This document shows, one piece after another, positions 17,540 to 27,006 of a stretch of DNA of 64,000 nucleotides. Within the stretch, counting starts at the first letter, position 1; every line of letters starts with the position of its first letter. Origin of the DNA: a virus. The notes below the pieces were generated by a model, which was not told the origin of the DNA, made no database searches, and worked only from the letters and a program-made list of their open reading frames with translations. The translations under genes were made by a program, and so were the position numbers. The stretch lies in IMG/VR virus record IMGVR_UViG_3300045988_174992, one strand, 5' to 3'.

Positions 17540-20500
17540 ATGGCAGATTACGGAAATTATTTTACTTCAAATAGTGGAAATTACAACTACAATACAAGAG
17601 GGCATTCTTATGATGATTCTGATTGGGTTATTGTTGGATTAGCAAATTCTGGTAATGTATCTCAACCTATTCCACACCCTAATGGCGCTGAATTTACAGG
17701 TAACAATACAACTTGTTATTTCTATATCACTAATCACATGTCTAAGCCTAATAGGGAAGTAAAGACTGGTAACGACTATGTTGCTTATTTCAATTGGGCA
17801 ACGGCTAACAAAAATACTATAGGATCTGTGGATGGAGATTTCAATTTCTACCCATTTGGAAGCAAAACTGATTCTAGATTTATTGAACCAACAGGATTAG
17901 ATGATACTAAACATGGTGTAAGTCCTTATAGCAATTCTAACAACAACGTCATATCTAGAACTAACTTAACTGTAAAAGGTACAACTTTTACAGCTGGTTA
18001 TCGTAGACATAAGATACAATATGAACCAAGCATACGATATGATTTAAATAGCTACAATTATGGTACAAATGACAATTATAAAAGTGATGGTAGTACTAAG
18101 GCAACTGGTGGTCGTGTTGTAACACAAAGATATGATGCTTTTCAAACTTTCTATAATATAGAAGACCCATATAGTGTACTCAATATCTCTATAGCAAACC
18201 ATGATGATGCAAAGTCAAGTTCTCCAACTTTCTGTACATTAACTAACAACAAGTCAGAATACAGAATAAGTCATTCTTATACTTACAACCCATATACTAA
18301 TTCAGCTACTTGGAATAATACTAATTATCTTTCATTTACATACAATACATTGCCTACTTATCCAAAAGAATTAGTTTTTACTTATGGGTCTAATTACAAT
18401 TCTGTTTCTTATGATGGTGATACTATAACAGTTGAAGCTAAAGCCCGTTATAATGGTACTTATGACAGATTTACAACTTCTACTGCAAATGATGATGGGT
18501 TTTCTTCTTATAAGAGATATGTAGATGTAACATATAGCTTATCTACTTTTAACAGTTCTACTATACCTACAGGTTCAAATACATATACATTCAGAATATG
18601 GCAACCTGGTTCTAAGTTAGGAATATCTTATACTTGGTCTATAGATAACAATCCATCTTGGGCACATCTTTCTACAACCTCCGGAAATACAACAAAGGTA
18701 ACATTTGATGACCAAGGAGATGACAAGCCAAGTGTAGGTGGTACTCTTTCATTATCATTGAACAATACTACTATTTCTAATGGAGGATCTACCACTGGTT
18801 CTGTTTCTGGTGTATCTTGGACAGCTCCTACTAATAAAAGCGCTCGTTCTTGTGTACTAAGGCAGAATATGACTGTTACAAATTATTGTGCACAAAACAT
18901 TACACCTAAGACTAGTTCTGGTCAACCATATCAATCTTTGACTTTAACACAGAATGGAATGACTTGGAACAATCCATCATTTGATATGAAATGGAAAGTT
19001 ACCCAAAAAAGTAAGACAACCACAACTTATAATGATATATATGGACATGGTTGGCCTACTATTAACATAGGTGGGATATCAACATCAGATGGAACAGAAA
19101 AGACAACTGGATGGTATTACAACACATCATCAAAATCAGTTTCTGTTTTAATGCCAACAATAAGCAAACCTTGGGTAAATACTTATAGTGGTGGTAAAGT
19201 AACTATAACAAAAGGATCTAATACAGCTATATCTTATAAAGGTGGTAGTATAACTATAAATTTAGATCCTAATATTACATTCAGACAGGGTTTTACATCT
19301 GGTGTTTCTGAACGTACTTGGACAATATCTAATACTGCAAATAATGCAACAAATCAAGAATATTGGGCGTTAAATAAATTTAATGATGTTGTTATCAAAC
19401 TTCCTGCTATAGCTGCTGCAAATCATGCTTTTGGTAATGCAACATTGTCATGGAGAGACACCGGTACCCAAGATTTAACATTTTCTAAATCAAGCAGAAC
19501 ATGGAATAATTCTAATTCTGATGACAGTTTTACAACAACATTAGCTTCTAACTTACCTTATATTGGTAGTTGGACAGCTTCTGCTAGCGGTGGCTCAATT
19601 ACATTTAAATCTACTACTAAAAATTCAAGTTCCACATCTGGTACTATATCATTTTATGGATCTACTTATCAGGATGGTGTACTGACACCAAGTCCATCTA
19701 CTATAACTATATCACAAAACGGTACAAGCATATCTGGTACTATCTATATAAAAGCAGAAGGTACTGGTATAAAAAGTTGTGATGGATCCTCAGTATATCC
19801 TATAGATGGTAATACAAGAACTGCTAGTTATTCTTTAAAACCTAAAGAGTATATACATGTTACTAAAGTAGAAAATTTAGCGGCAACAATAACGTCACCA
19901 ACAAATAGAAATGTAATATGGCAAGGTGAAACTATTTATTTTGGTAAAAAATCAGGAACTGTAACAACAGAAACTACAGCTTCTAAAACATATCCTTATA
20001 AAATAACTGTAAGTAGTAATATAGTTAGTACTTATCCATCTAATGCTACCAATGGAGTTATATTAAGTAATAGTGTTACACCTTATGATGCAAATTATGT
20101 TATTGAATATTCAGTTGATAGTGGTTCTTGGACCACTAGTACTACGGCCACTATAGGACAAAGACCTGCCGTGTGGTCATCAAGTCCATCATTAGTAGTT
20201 AGATCTAGTGGTTGGACAAATGTAAATGAAGGTATTTATAAATACACAAGAGGATGGTATGCTTCACAAGGATCTACAACACATACAGTAGCAATAAGAG
20301 TAATAGATAGAAATAATAGCGATAAAGTATTTAGTGGAACATCAGCATCTATAACTCAAGATGGTCAAGGTGGATATTCAACAGATACAAGATATACATT
20401 TACCACTGGTGGAACAAATTGTACTACAAGCACACCTTCAGCAACTGGTTCTAGTGCAGGAAATTATGGGTCATTTACTGTAAGTCCTTGGTCGCCAATA

Positions 20501-22501
20501 TCAGATCCTAGTGGTAACCAAGGATCAGAAAATGATATATCTAATTATATATACAATTATAGTAATAAATTATCTGAAGGATATTGGGACTCATCTACAG
20601 TAACTGCTGAATTTATAGGTGAAAGTAAAACATTTGGATATGGTGAAAGTATAAGTATGAAGTTTGGCGTCAGATCAAGTTCACCAGATACTAAAGTTTG
20701 GATATATACAGGAAAAAAGACTTGGAATTATAAATATAAATTTTGGATAAAAGCAAGTAATGAAACCAATTATCATTATAATAGCACTTTAACAGGAACA
20801 GGTTCTACTGGACCATGGTCATCCATTACATATTATAGAAAAATAAATTTTGATGGTGGATCATGGTCAAGATTAGATACGAATGGAGAAAAAACAATAA
20901 CATTAACATCAGCTGGTGAACACACAGTGAAAGTAGGATGGTGGTCTGGTAATGATGGTCCTTATCATACACAATCAAAGACAATTACTTTAGGACAAAT
21001 AACCGTAATATATCATAAAATTACATTTTTCCTTTTTTTATTGACTCCAAACACAGTTGGACCTAATATATTTAATAAAATGAAATACACAATAAATGGA
21101 ACGGATAAAACTGTGGATTTAGATACATATTCCAAATTTGAAATACAGGTAAATGATGGTGATGAAATTATATTTCATTCTGATAATTATACATCATGTA
21201 ATAATATTAAAGATATAACTAGATCAGATAATTATTATGTAGATCAGTATGGATTGTCAGGTAACCACCCTGCACAATTGTTATACTATAATGATTCTAA
21301 CGATGTTAAAAACGATATGTTTACATTATATCATAAATTAAATGACGTTATATATGCTGATGTATATGGTCATCATGATATAACAATTAATAATGTAACA
21401 GAAGATAGCATTGCATATATGTATGTTGTACCAAAATATATATATGTGCACCCATGGCATGCAGGATATTCGCAAGAAAATGCATCTGATAGCACAGATA
21501 ATGTATGGGATGATACTGAGTTTTCCGATAATGATAAATATACGCAGTGTAAAATGAGTTGTTCAGGACGTAAATCAAATACAGGAAGTGATTATGATAG
21601 AGGTCCATGGGGTGCTCCTGCAGGTGATGGTGGAAACAGAACAGATTTTTCGGGTATTATTGATCCTTTTGGTGTTGTTAGACATTCAGATAATAAAAAA
21701 TCAAAAGAAAAATGGTATAACTATCATTTAGGTGTAAAGTTAACCACTTCTTTATATGAGTATGAACCAAGTAAAGTATATACCGTTTATAGAAGTACAT
21801 ATACAAATCCAGCTAACTCGATATATTTTTCATATAATAATGTATGTGATAATTTTTTAAGAACATTAAATAATTCACCAAAACCAACAAGTAGTTATTG
21901 GGGTGATGAAAAAATAATCAATAGATATATTGAACCATATAATAGTTATATTCCATATGATAATGCTAGAAGAGGAAATTATGAAACAGTGACTTATGCT
22001 AAACAATTTCCTCAAAATAATACATATATTGCTCTTGATAGAACAGATCCAGATAATTCAGCAAGAGAAGCGGCAACTACGATGCCACCACAATTTTGGG
22101 TGGGCCCTAAAATAAATGCATGGGGTAAATTCGTTAAAGCACCACAAGATAATTTTGGTTTAAATTATTTGTCTCCTCCAATGATATTGCAAGGTTTGAT
22201 TTGTGGAGGATCTGGTGGTGATAAAAATCACCAAGCATTAGGATTATTTTCTGCAATTTCTTTAAAAGGAAAAAATAAAAATAATAATAAATTAATGTTT
22301 TTTGCTGAGGCATATAATACTTATTTTGATCATGATATCCCACAATCAACGATAGGTACAATAAATCAACCTTATAATTCTTATATAATTACTGGTAGAA
22401 TTAAAAATGGCGGCCGTCGTGGTTCTGAATTGCCAATTTGGCAAAAATTTAGATTCAATATATGGGCTAAGGCAAAAGAATGGATAGAAGAATATGGATA
22501 G
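17540..22501 (+). CDS. putative large tail fibre / adhesin (1653 aa)
   Basis: Uninterrupted 4.96-kb ORF, extremely Ser/Thr/Asn/Gly/Tyr-rich with repetitive WT/ST-type segments. Followed by a strong terminator. Confidence 0.7.
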   Translation: MADYGNYFTSNSGNYNYNTRGHSYDDSDWVIVGLANSGNVSQPIPHPNGAEFTGNNTTCYFYITNHMSKPNREVKTGNDYVAYFNWATANKNTIGSVDGDFNFYPFGSKTDSRFIEPTGLDDTKHGVSPYSNSNNNVISRTNLTVKGTTFTAGYRRHKIQYEPSIRYDLNSYNYGTNDNYKSDGSTKATGGRVVTQRYDAFQTFYNIEDPYSVLNISIANHDDAKSSSPTFCTLTNNKSEYRISHSYTYNPYTNSATWNNTNYLSFTYNTLPTYPKELVFTYGSNYNSVSYDGDTITVEAKARYNGTYDRFTTSTANDDGFSSYKRYVDVTYSLSTFNSSTIPTGSNTYTFRIWQPGSKLGISYTWSIDNNPSWAHLSTTSGNTTKVTFDDQGDDKPSVGGTLSLSLNNTTISNGGSTTGSVSGVSWTAPTNKSARSCVLRQNMTVTNYCAQNITPKTSSGQPYQSLTLTQNGMTWNNPSFDMKWKVTQKSKTTTTYNDIYGHGWPTINIGGISTSDGTEKTTGWYYNTSSKSVSVLMPTISKPWVNTYSGGKVTITKGSNTAISYKGGSITINLDPNITFRQGFTSGVSERTWTISNTANNATNQEYWALNKFNDVVIKLPAIAAANHAFGNATLSWRDTGTQDLTFSKSSRTWNNSNSDDSFTTTLASNLPYIGSWTASASGGSITFKSTTKNSSSTSGTISFYGSTYQDGVLTPSPSTITISQNGTSISGTIYIKAEGTGIKSCDGSSVYPIDGNTRTASYSLKPKEYIHVTKVENLAATITSPTNRNVIWQGETIYFGKKSGTVTTETTASKTYPYKITVSSNIVSTYPSNATNGVILSNSVTPYDANYVIEYSVDSGSWTTSTTATIGQRPAVWSSSPSLVVRSSGWTNVNEGIYKYTRGWYASQGSTTHTVAIRVIDRNNSDKVFSGTSASITQDGQGGYSTDTRYTFTTGGTNCTTSTPSATGSSAGNYGSFTVSPWSPISDPSGNQGSENDISNYIYNYSNKLSEGYWDSSTVTAEFIGESKTFGYGESISMKFGVRSSSPDTKVWIYTGKKTWNYKYKFWIKASNETNYHYNSTLTGTGSTGPWSSITYYRKINFDGGSWSRLDTNGEKTITLTSAGEHTVKVGWWSGNDGPYHTQSKTITLGQITVIYHKITFFLFLLTPNTVGPNIFNKMKYTINGTDKTVDLDTYSKFEIQVNDGDEIIFHSDNYTSCNNIKDITRSDNYYVDQYGLSGNHPAQLLYYNDSNDVKNDMFTLYHKLNDVIYADVYGHHDITINNVTEDSIAYMYVVPKYIYVHPWHAGYSQENASDSTDNVWDDTEFSDNDKYTQCKMSCSGRKSNTGSDYDRGPWGAPAGDGGNRTDFSGIIDPFGVVRHSDNKKSKEKWYNYHLGVKLTTSLYEYEPSKVYTVYRSTYTNPANSIYFSYNNVCDNFLRTLNNSPKPTSSYWGDEKIINRYIEPYNSYIPYDNARRGNYETVTYAKQFPQNNTYIALDRTDPDNSAREAATTMPPQFWVGPKINAWGKFVKAPQDNFGLNYLSPPMILQGLICGGSGGDKNHQALGLFSAISLKGKNKNNNKLMFFAEAYNTYFDHDIPQSTIGTINQPYNSYIITGRIKNGGRRGSELPIWQKFRFNIWAKAKEWIEEYG

Positions 22502-22533
22502 TTCAACGATGGTTAATTATTTTATATGCCCGA

Positions 22534-22568
22534 AATGGGAGGATCTTAGATCCTCCCATTTTTATTTT
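22534..22568. terminator. bidirectional intrinsic terminator
   Basis: AATGGGAGGATC-TTA-GATCCTCCCATT (12-bp stem) followed by TTTTATTTT. Lies between convergent genes. Confidence 0.8.
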
Positions 22569-23389
22569 AATTTTTTAACTTCTCGATTTGTAATATAACC
22601 TTCTTCATCTAACCATTCTACAATATAATATCCTTTTTCTAGACAATCAATATCATAGAATTTAGCGGTGAACCAATCTTCTGATGGTTTCCATCTTGAA
22701 CCATCTTCATGAGCAATAATAGGTTTCTTGCATTTGGTATGTCCTACAATCTGAGTCCAAGTACGCATATATTGCGCTTCATGATCGTAATCTTCATACA
22801 TATCAGATAACAATGCTTCAGGTCTTACCCAAAGTGGACCATTCAATGGATCATTTCCATAAGGATCAAAATGTGAACCATAGGTAAACTTAAAGTTGTC
22901 AAAACTATCAACATCAATCATATTGATAGGAATACTTACCTTATGACGTTCATTAATCCATTTGTTTGTTACACCTGCATGAGTATAAATGATTCTATTT
23001 GTCATGTCAACAAAAGAAAATCTAAGCTTTCTAGATTTGACACAATCCTTCAACAACTGTCCTGCAAGCAACTGTGTCATTTGGTTATAACCACTATACT
23101 TGTCATCACCATCAACAAGATAATGAAAGTCATGATTGCCGATAAGCATATAAAACAAACCTTCTTCTTTGTTATGTTTATTCTGTAATGCAAGCAAATT
23201 CTTAAAACCATCCAATTGCTGTTCTGGCGTGATATTTTCATAAGTGTCAAAATAATCACCTAAAGTAATTACTTCATATAATGTAGTATTTGGATCTTTT
23301 GGTTTCTCCAAATTATAGATAGTATTGAACTTATCATAATTACCATGGATATCACCAACAACCAATCGTTTTGTCTTTTGTACTTTCAT
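22562..23389 (-). CDS. calcineurin-like metallophosphoesterase (Ser/Thr phosphatase / ApaH-like)
   Basis: Motifs VVGDIHGNYDKF, LGDYFD, LIGNHDFH, THAGV and IVGHT. Confidence 0.8.
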   Translation of the reverse strand: MKVQKTKRLVVGDIHGNYDKFNTIYNLEKPKDPNTTLYEVITLGDYFDTYENITPEQQLDGFKNLLALQNKHNKEEGLFYMLIGNHDFHYLVDGDDKYSGYNQMTQLLAGQLLKDCVKSRKLRFSFVDMTNRIIYTHAGVTNKWINERHKVSIPINMIDVDSFDNFKFTYGSHFDPYGNDPLNGPLWVRPEALLSDMYEDYDHEAQYMRTWTQIVGHTKCKKPIIAHEDGSRWKPSEDWFTAKFYDIDCLEKGYYIVEWLDEEGYITNREVKKLK

Positions 23390-23390
23390 A

Positions 23391-23705
23391 TTATTTCTTT
23401 TCCATTAATGTTGATAATGTTAGACCTACTGAACCCCATAATGGTTGTAATGAGAAACCAAGCATAGATCTGAAATCAATAAGATGCTTATCATACCAAG
23501 CATTCATATCTTCCAATAACTTATCTGCTGCTTCTTTGGTGTCTTCACATTCTTCTACCATTTTCCACAACTCATCTAATGAATTGGGATCATCAATAGT
23601 ACCAGGATCATTCTTATAAAATTCAGTAGCTCTCTTGACTGATTCTAATTCAGATCCTAAAGTACGTCCAAAATATTTTACACTTACATCTGTCAACTTA
23701 CCCAT
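23391..23705 (-). CDS. hypothetical protein (104 aa)
   Basis: ORF with 1-nt spacers on both sides. Confidence 0.55.
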   Translation of the reverse strand: MGKLTDVSVKYFGRTLGSELESVKRATEFYKNDPGTIDDPNSLDELWKMVEECEDTKEAADKLLEDMNAWYDKHLIDFRSMLGFSLQPLWGSVGLTLSTLMEKK

Positions 23706-23706
23706 T

Positions 23707-23925
23707 TTATTGTGTCGTTAATTTAAATTCTAGATACTGTGGTTCATCATCAAATGAATACTTGCTTCCTTTTAACATTTCTTTAATGTTATCATGAATC
23801 AAGCTATTCAGGAAGAAATCACCAAACCACCCATCACCTATTCTTTTTGGTTCTGATGTAAAAAGAAATAATTTATTTTCTTTATTTACAGCAAACCAAA
23901 TTCCAATATTCTTATTCTCTCCCAT
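23707..23925 (-). CDS. hypothetical protein (72 aa)
   Basis: ORF in a tight co-directional array. Confidence 0.5.
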   Translation of the reverse strand: MGENKNIGIWFAVNKENKLFLFTSEPKRIGDGWFGDFFLNSLIHDNIKEMLKGSKYSFDDEPQYLEFKLTTQ

Positions 23926-23928
23926 GTT

Positions 23929-24630
23929 TTATTTGCCTATTAAACCTATTTGTTTAGCACAAGCAAAATTATATTGTGATTGAGTTATCTTTTTTCCTTT
24001 TACTCGTGAATTGTATTCAGATGGTAATACATTATCAATATTCTTACTCGTATGTATCAATCCTTCAAATGGAATATCATCCAGTTTAGTTGTCAATATT
24101 ACTTCATAAACATCCAACATAAGTGGAAATTTCTTATCAATACCTTGAATCTTGATATATTTTGTCACTGGATAGAAAAAATCTTCTGCTAATTTTTCAT
24201 AATCAGGCTTTTCCTTATTCTTATTATGAAATTTAATATAGTCATATATATCTCCACCATCAGCATAATTTCTCTGTTCAAAATACGAAGTACCTATATG
24301 TGGGTATTCATCAGTAACCGGAAAATCATCAGTCAATGGATAGACTTGATCTACATGAACTACAATATCATTATCAAATATATTATAGCATTTGATATTC
24401 AAAGTCTGCTTATAATCATGAAGAATCTTCCAAGCCTCATCAGAATATGGCATAGTACCAACATACGAATAATTTACTACCTCTTTATCGATTTCATCGG
24501 CATAATAGAATATATTACATACATCAAATGGTTTATTCAATTGATAAAGTTTCATATCAGCTGGCAATATCAATTCATCAACACAACTGGTATATGCAAA
24601 TCTCCAAATCTTATATTTCTTAGTTTTCAT
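23929..24630 (-). CDS. hypothetical protein (233 aa from ATG 24630)
   Basis: The track ORF begins at a TTG (24672) inside the upstream gene. The ATG at 24630 (MKTKKYKIWRF...) lies 1 nt after the upstream stop. Confidence 0.6.
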   Translation of the reverse strand: MKTKKYKIWRFAYTSCVDELILPADMKLYQLNKPFDVCNIFYYADEIDKEVVNYSYVGTMPYSDEAWKILHDYKQTLNIKCYNIFDNDIVVHVDQVYPLTDDFPVTDEYPHIGTSYFEQRNYADGGDIYDYIKFHNKNKEKPDYEKLAEDFFYPVTKYIKIQGIDKKFPLMLDVYEVILTTKLDDIPFEGLIHTSKNIDNVLPSEYNSRVKGKKITQSQYNFACAKQIGLIGK

Positions 24631-24631
24631 C

Positions 24632-24886
24632 TTAATCAATTTTATGAGGTGATGGCATAAAATCATCATCAATACAAATATAATTGCAATAAATATCTTT
24701 TCTTTCTGGTTTATATCTTTTAATATAAGATGCTATATAAGGGCTCTTTCCAGTAAGAATTTCCATCATCTTTTCTGTTGGGTGCGCATCATCATCCATA
24801 ATCTTATGAATATCATCAGCCATTACCACATCCATTACTGGATATAGATTGCAATTAATTATAGTGCTTACTACAAACTTTCTCAT
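24632..24886 (-). CDS. hypothetical protein (84 aa)
   Basis: ORF in a co-directional array. Confidence 0.5.
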   Translation of the reverse strand: MRKFVVSTIINCNLYPVMDVVMADDIHKIMDDDAHPTEKMMEILTGKSPYIASYIKRYKPERKDIYCNYICIDDDFMPSPHKID

Positions 24887-24894
24887 TACCTATC

Positions 24895-25236
24895 TTATTT
24901 ACAATATCTAACATTAGGAATATCTTCCAAATATGTAAATGACACTTCTGACTTGTCATATACTTCTTTATCATATTCTGTTCCAGAAATCTGATTGATA
25001 ACTTCTCTTGTATATTCAGTTGGTGTACCATCTAAATTAACATAATCAGATTTCCAAGAAGCATCATTCTTCAATACAAGTATCTGGAACAAATATGTAC
25101 AAACTTCATTACTAACGTCATAACATGGAACTGATACCTGTACGATGACAATATCTTTTTCTAATGGAATAGGATAATGACCACTCGAACCAAAATCCAT
25201 CACTTCTACTTTATTCTTATCAAAATTCTTAATCAT
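24895..25236 (-). CDS. hypothetical protein (113 aa)
   Basis: ORF in a co-directional array. Confidence 0.55.
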   Translation of the reverse strand: MIKNFDKNKVEVMDFGSSGHYPIPLEKDIVIVQVSVPCYDVSNEVCTYLFQILVLKNDASWKSDYVNLDGTPTEYTREVINQISGTEYDKEVYDKSEVSFTYLEDIPNVRYCK

Positions 25237-25263
25237 ATTGTATTCTATTAAATGTTCTACATT

Positions 25264-25593
25264 TTAAATGTTAATAGCTGGAAGTGAATCAACAAATTCA
25301 AAGTATATTCTAGAATCCTTATCAAGAACATCACTTATCTTGAATTCCGGATGATTCTCAATAATCCAATTAGCAAATCCTAGAGTTGGTATACCATCTT
25401 TATCAATCAATGTAGCATTCAACTTGTCCATAATCTTACTGATTGGATTTAAATTGATGTCACAAGTGTATCGACAAAGTTTTTCTTTAACACCATTTGC
25501 AAATCTGATATTTACAATAACTGTATAAGTATATGCCTTTGAAAAATTTGTCTTAACCATAATCATAAAAATTTTAATGTTCATTATTAACAT
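25264..25593 (-). CDS. hypothetical protein (109 aa; several in-frame Met near the start)
   Basis: The ATG at 25593 sits 4 nt after the promoter -7 box. Confidence 0.55.
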   Translation of the reverse strand: MLIMNIKIFMIMVKTNFSKAYTYTVIVNIRFANGVKEKLCRYTCDINLNPISKIMDKLNATLIDKDGIPTLGFANWIIENHPEFKISDVLDKDSRIYFEFVDSLPAINI

Positions 25594-25628
25594 TTATAAT
25601 ATAGAAAAAGGTTAAGAAATTTCAAAAA
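25594..25628 (-). promoter_or_regulatory. host-type promoter, leaderless arrangement
   Basis: Minus strand reads TTTTGAAATTTCTTAACCTTTTTCTATATTATAAATG. The 14-bp inverted repeat AAAGGTTAAGAAAT / ATTTCTTAACCTTT (about 25607-25620 and 25650-25663) encloses the -33 box. Confidence 0.6.
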
Positions 25629-25942
25629 TATATTTAAATATTTTCTACTATTTCTTAACCTTTCCGTTGACATCAGTTCATGATAATAATATCCAGAACT
25701 ATAACAAGAACGTATCAAGGTGCAAGATCATGAACTAGAACACCAAACAATATAGTGTGTACACTTACACATTGTATGGCTAAAAAATTTACTTAATTCC
25801 TTGATACTCAGTTTCATTATTGGAGCCAAAATAATTGATTTTGACTTTCATCCATGTTACTAAGATATATATTAAGAAGTAATCACATAACTGATGCCAT
25901 TCGATTTGCTTATCTTAAACCGGACTTACAAATCTACTAATT

Positions 25943-26848
25943 TTATTTATTAATTTCATCATAAGTCTGTTTAGGTCCTTCTGGAAGATAAATCTTCAAT
26001 GCACTAATTTCCTTCACAGTCTTAGTTTTCCACATGTCAAACTTATTTCTGATACTTTCCATTGTATCAACATATTTTGCATATTCATCATCAAACTTCT
26101 GGGCCTTAGCAAGCTTATCTTCTGTAATAGCATCAATAATTTCTTGCTTCATCTTATTGAATTCTGCTTCTTTATGTCGAAGTTCAGTAGACAGCCAATC
26201 ATACTCAGTATTAACATCAGATACTAGCATAGATGGTTCATAAGAATAAATGATTGTATCTCGACCAGAACCTTCTACTTTGCTTGGATTCTGTAAAGCA
26301 TTGTTCATCTGTGCTTTAGCTTCATAAAATGCTCCCTTAGGATGAATGAACTTACCAACAAGAGAACAATAAGATTCATAAACATAGTACTTATTTCTCT
26401 TAGCAACATCCCATGTACCAATTACATCAGATTCGCCAATAGGAAATTCCTTACCTGGGGCATTTGGAAGTTCAATATTCTGAGCCTTAGCCCATTCGGT
26501 AATAGGAAGTGACTGAACATAATCAAGAATCTCTGTCTTTGCTTTGATTGCTTCATGAATCCATGCACTCATGGCATTCAAATTTGCAATCTTTGCAATG
26601 GTCTTATGCATTGATTCAAAAGAATCTGCACTCATACCTTTTGTAATTGGCTTAGAATCAGCCACACCATAAGAGTTGAAAAGCAAACATAATGATGTAT
26701 TGACAAAATTGATATTGTCAAGAATTGCCTGTTCTGACTTCAACAATTCTTTACCCTTATTAGAAACATGATTAGCAGAAGTAGATGTAATACCCTTTTC
26801 TGCAAAAAATACCTTATACTTACTGAATTTGTCGTTTAATATATCCAT
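25943..26848 (-). CDS. hypothetical protein (301 aa)
   Basis: The ORF is flanked by two ORF-free, structure-rich regions. Its ATG lies 14 nt downstream of the tRNA-like element. Confidence 0.65.
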   Translation of the reverse strand: MDILNDKFSKYKVFFAEKGITSTSANHVSNKGKELLKSEQAILDNINFVNTSLCLLFNSYGVADSKPITKGMSADSFESMHKTIAKIANLNAMSAWIHEAIKAKTEILDYVQSLPITEWAKAQNIELPNAPGKEFPIGESDVIGTWDVAKRNKYYVYESYCSLVGKFIHPKGAFYEAKAQMNNALQNPSKVEGSGRDTIIYSYEPSMLVSDVNTEYDWLSTELRHKEAEFNKMKQEIIDAITEDKLAKAQKFDDEYAKYVDTMESIRNKFDMWKTKTVKEISALKIYLPEGPKQTYDEINK

Positions 26849-26862
26849 AGTTTTAAAGTTTA

Positions 26863-26927
26863 GTGGACCATGTGAGATTCGAACTCACGTCCAACCGAAG
26901 TTATCGATTGTCAAATCCGTAATGGCC
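26863..26927 (-). ncRNA. 65-nt tRNA-like element (canonical acceptor and T arms, truncated D region)
   Basis: Minus strand reads GGGCCAT-TACGGATTTGAC-AATCG-ATAACTT-CGGTT-GGAC-GTGAG-TTCGAAT-CTCAC-ATGGTCC-A. It has a 7-bp acceptor stem (one G.U), a perfect GTTCGAATC T-loop, and a 5-bp stem with a 7-nt loop (U33 present, anticodon position AAC). Only 12 nt stand where the D arm should be. Confidence 0.45.
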
Positions 26928-27006
26928 CAAGTTATGTTTATTAATTTTAGTTCTTGAACAGAACTGAAAGTGATGTTCATTATTTATATTTTCGATATAG
27001 AAAAGT

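Noticed and set aside
26863-26927. The tRNA-like segment could be a phage attachment site (attP core matching the 3-prime end of a host tRNA gene).
   Set aside because: No integrase, excisionase or repressor is present in the window. The element also retains a paired 5-prime acceptor strand, which an attP fragment would not need. This cannot be fully excluded without the host genome.
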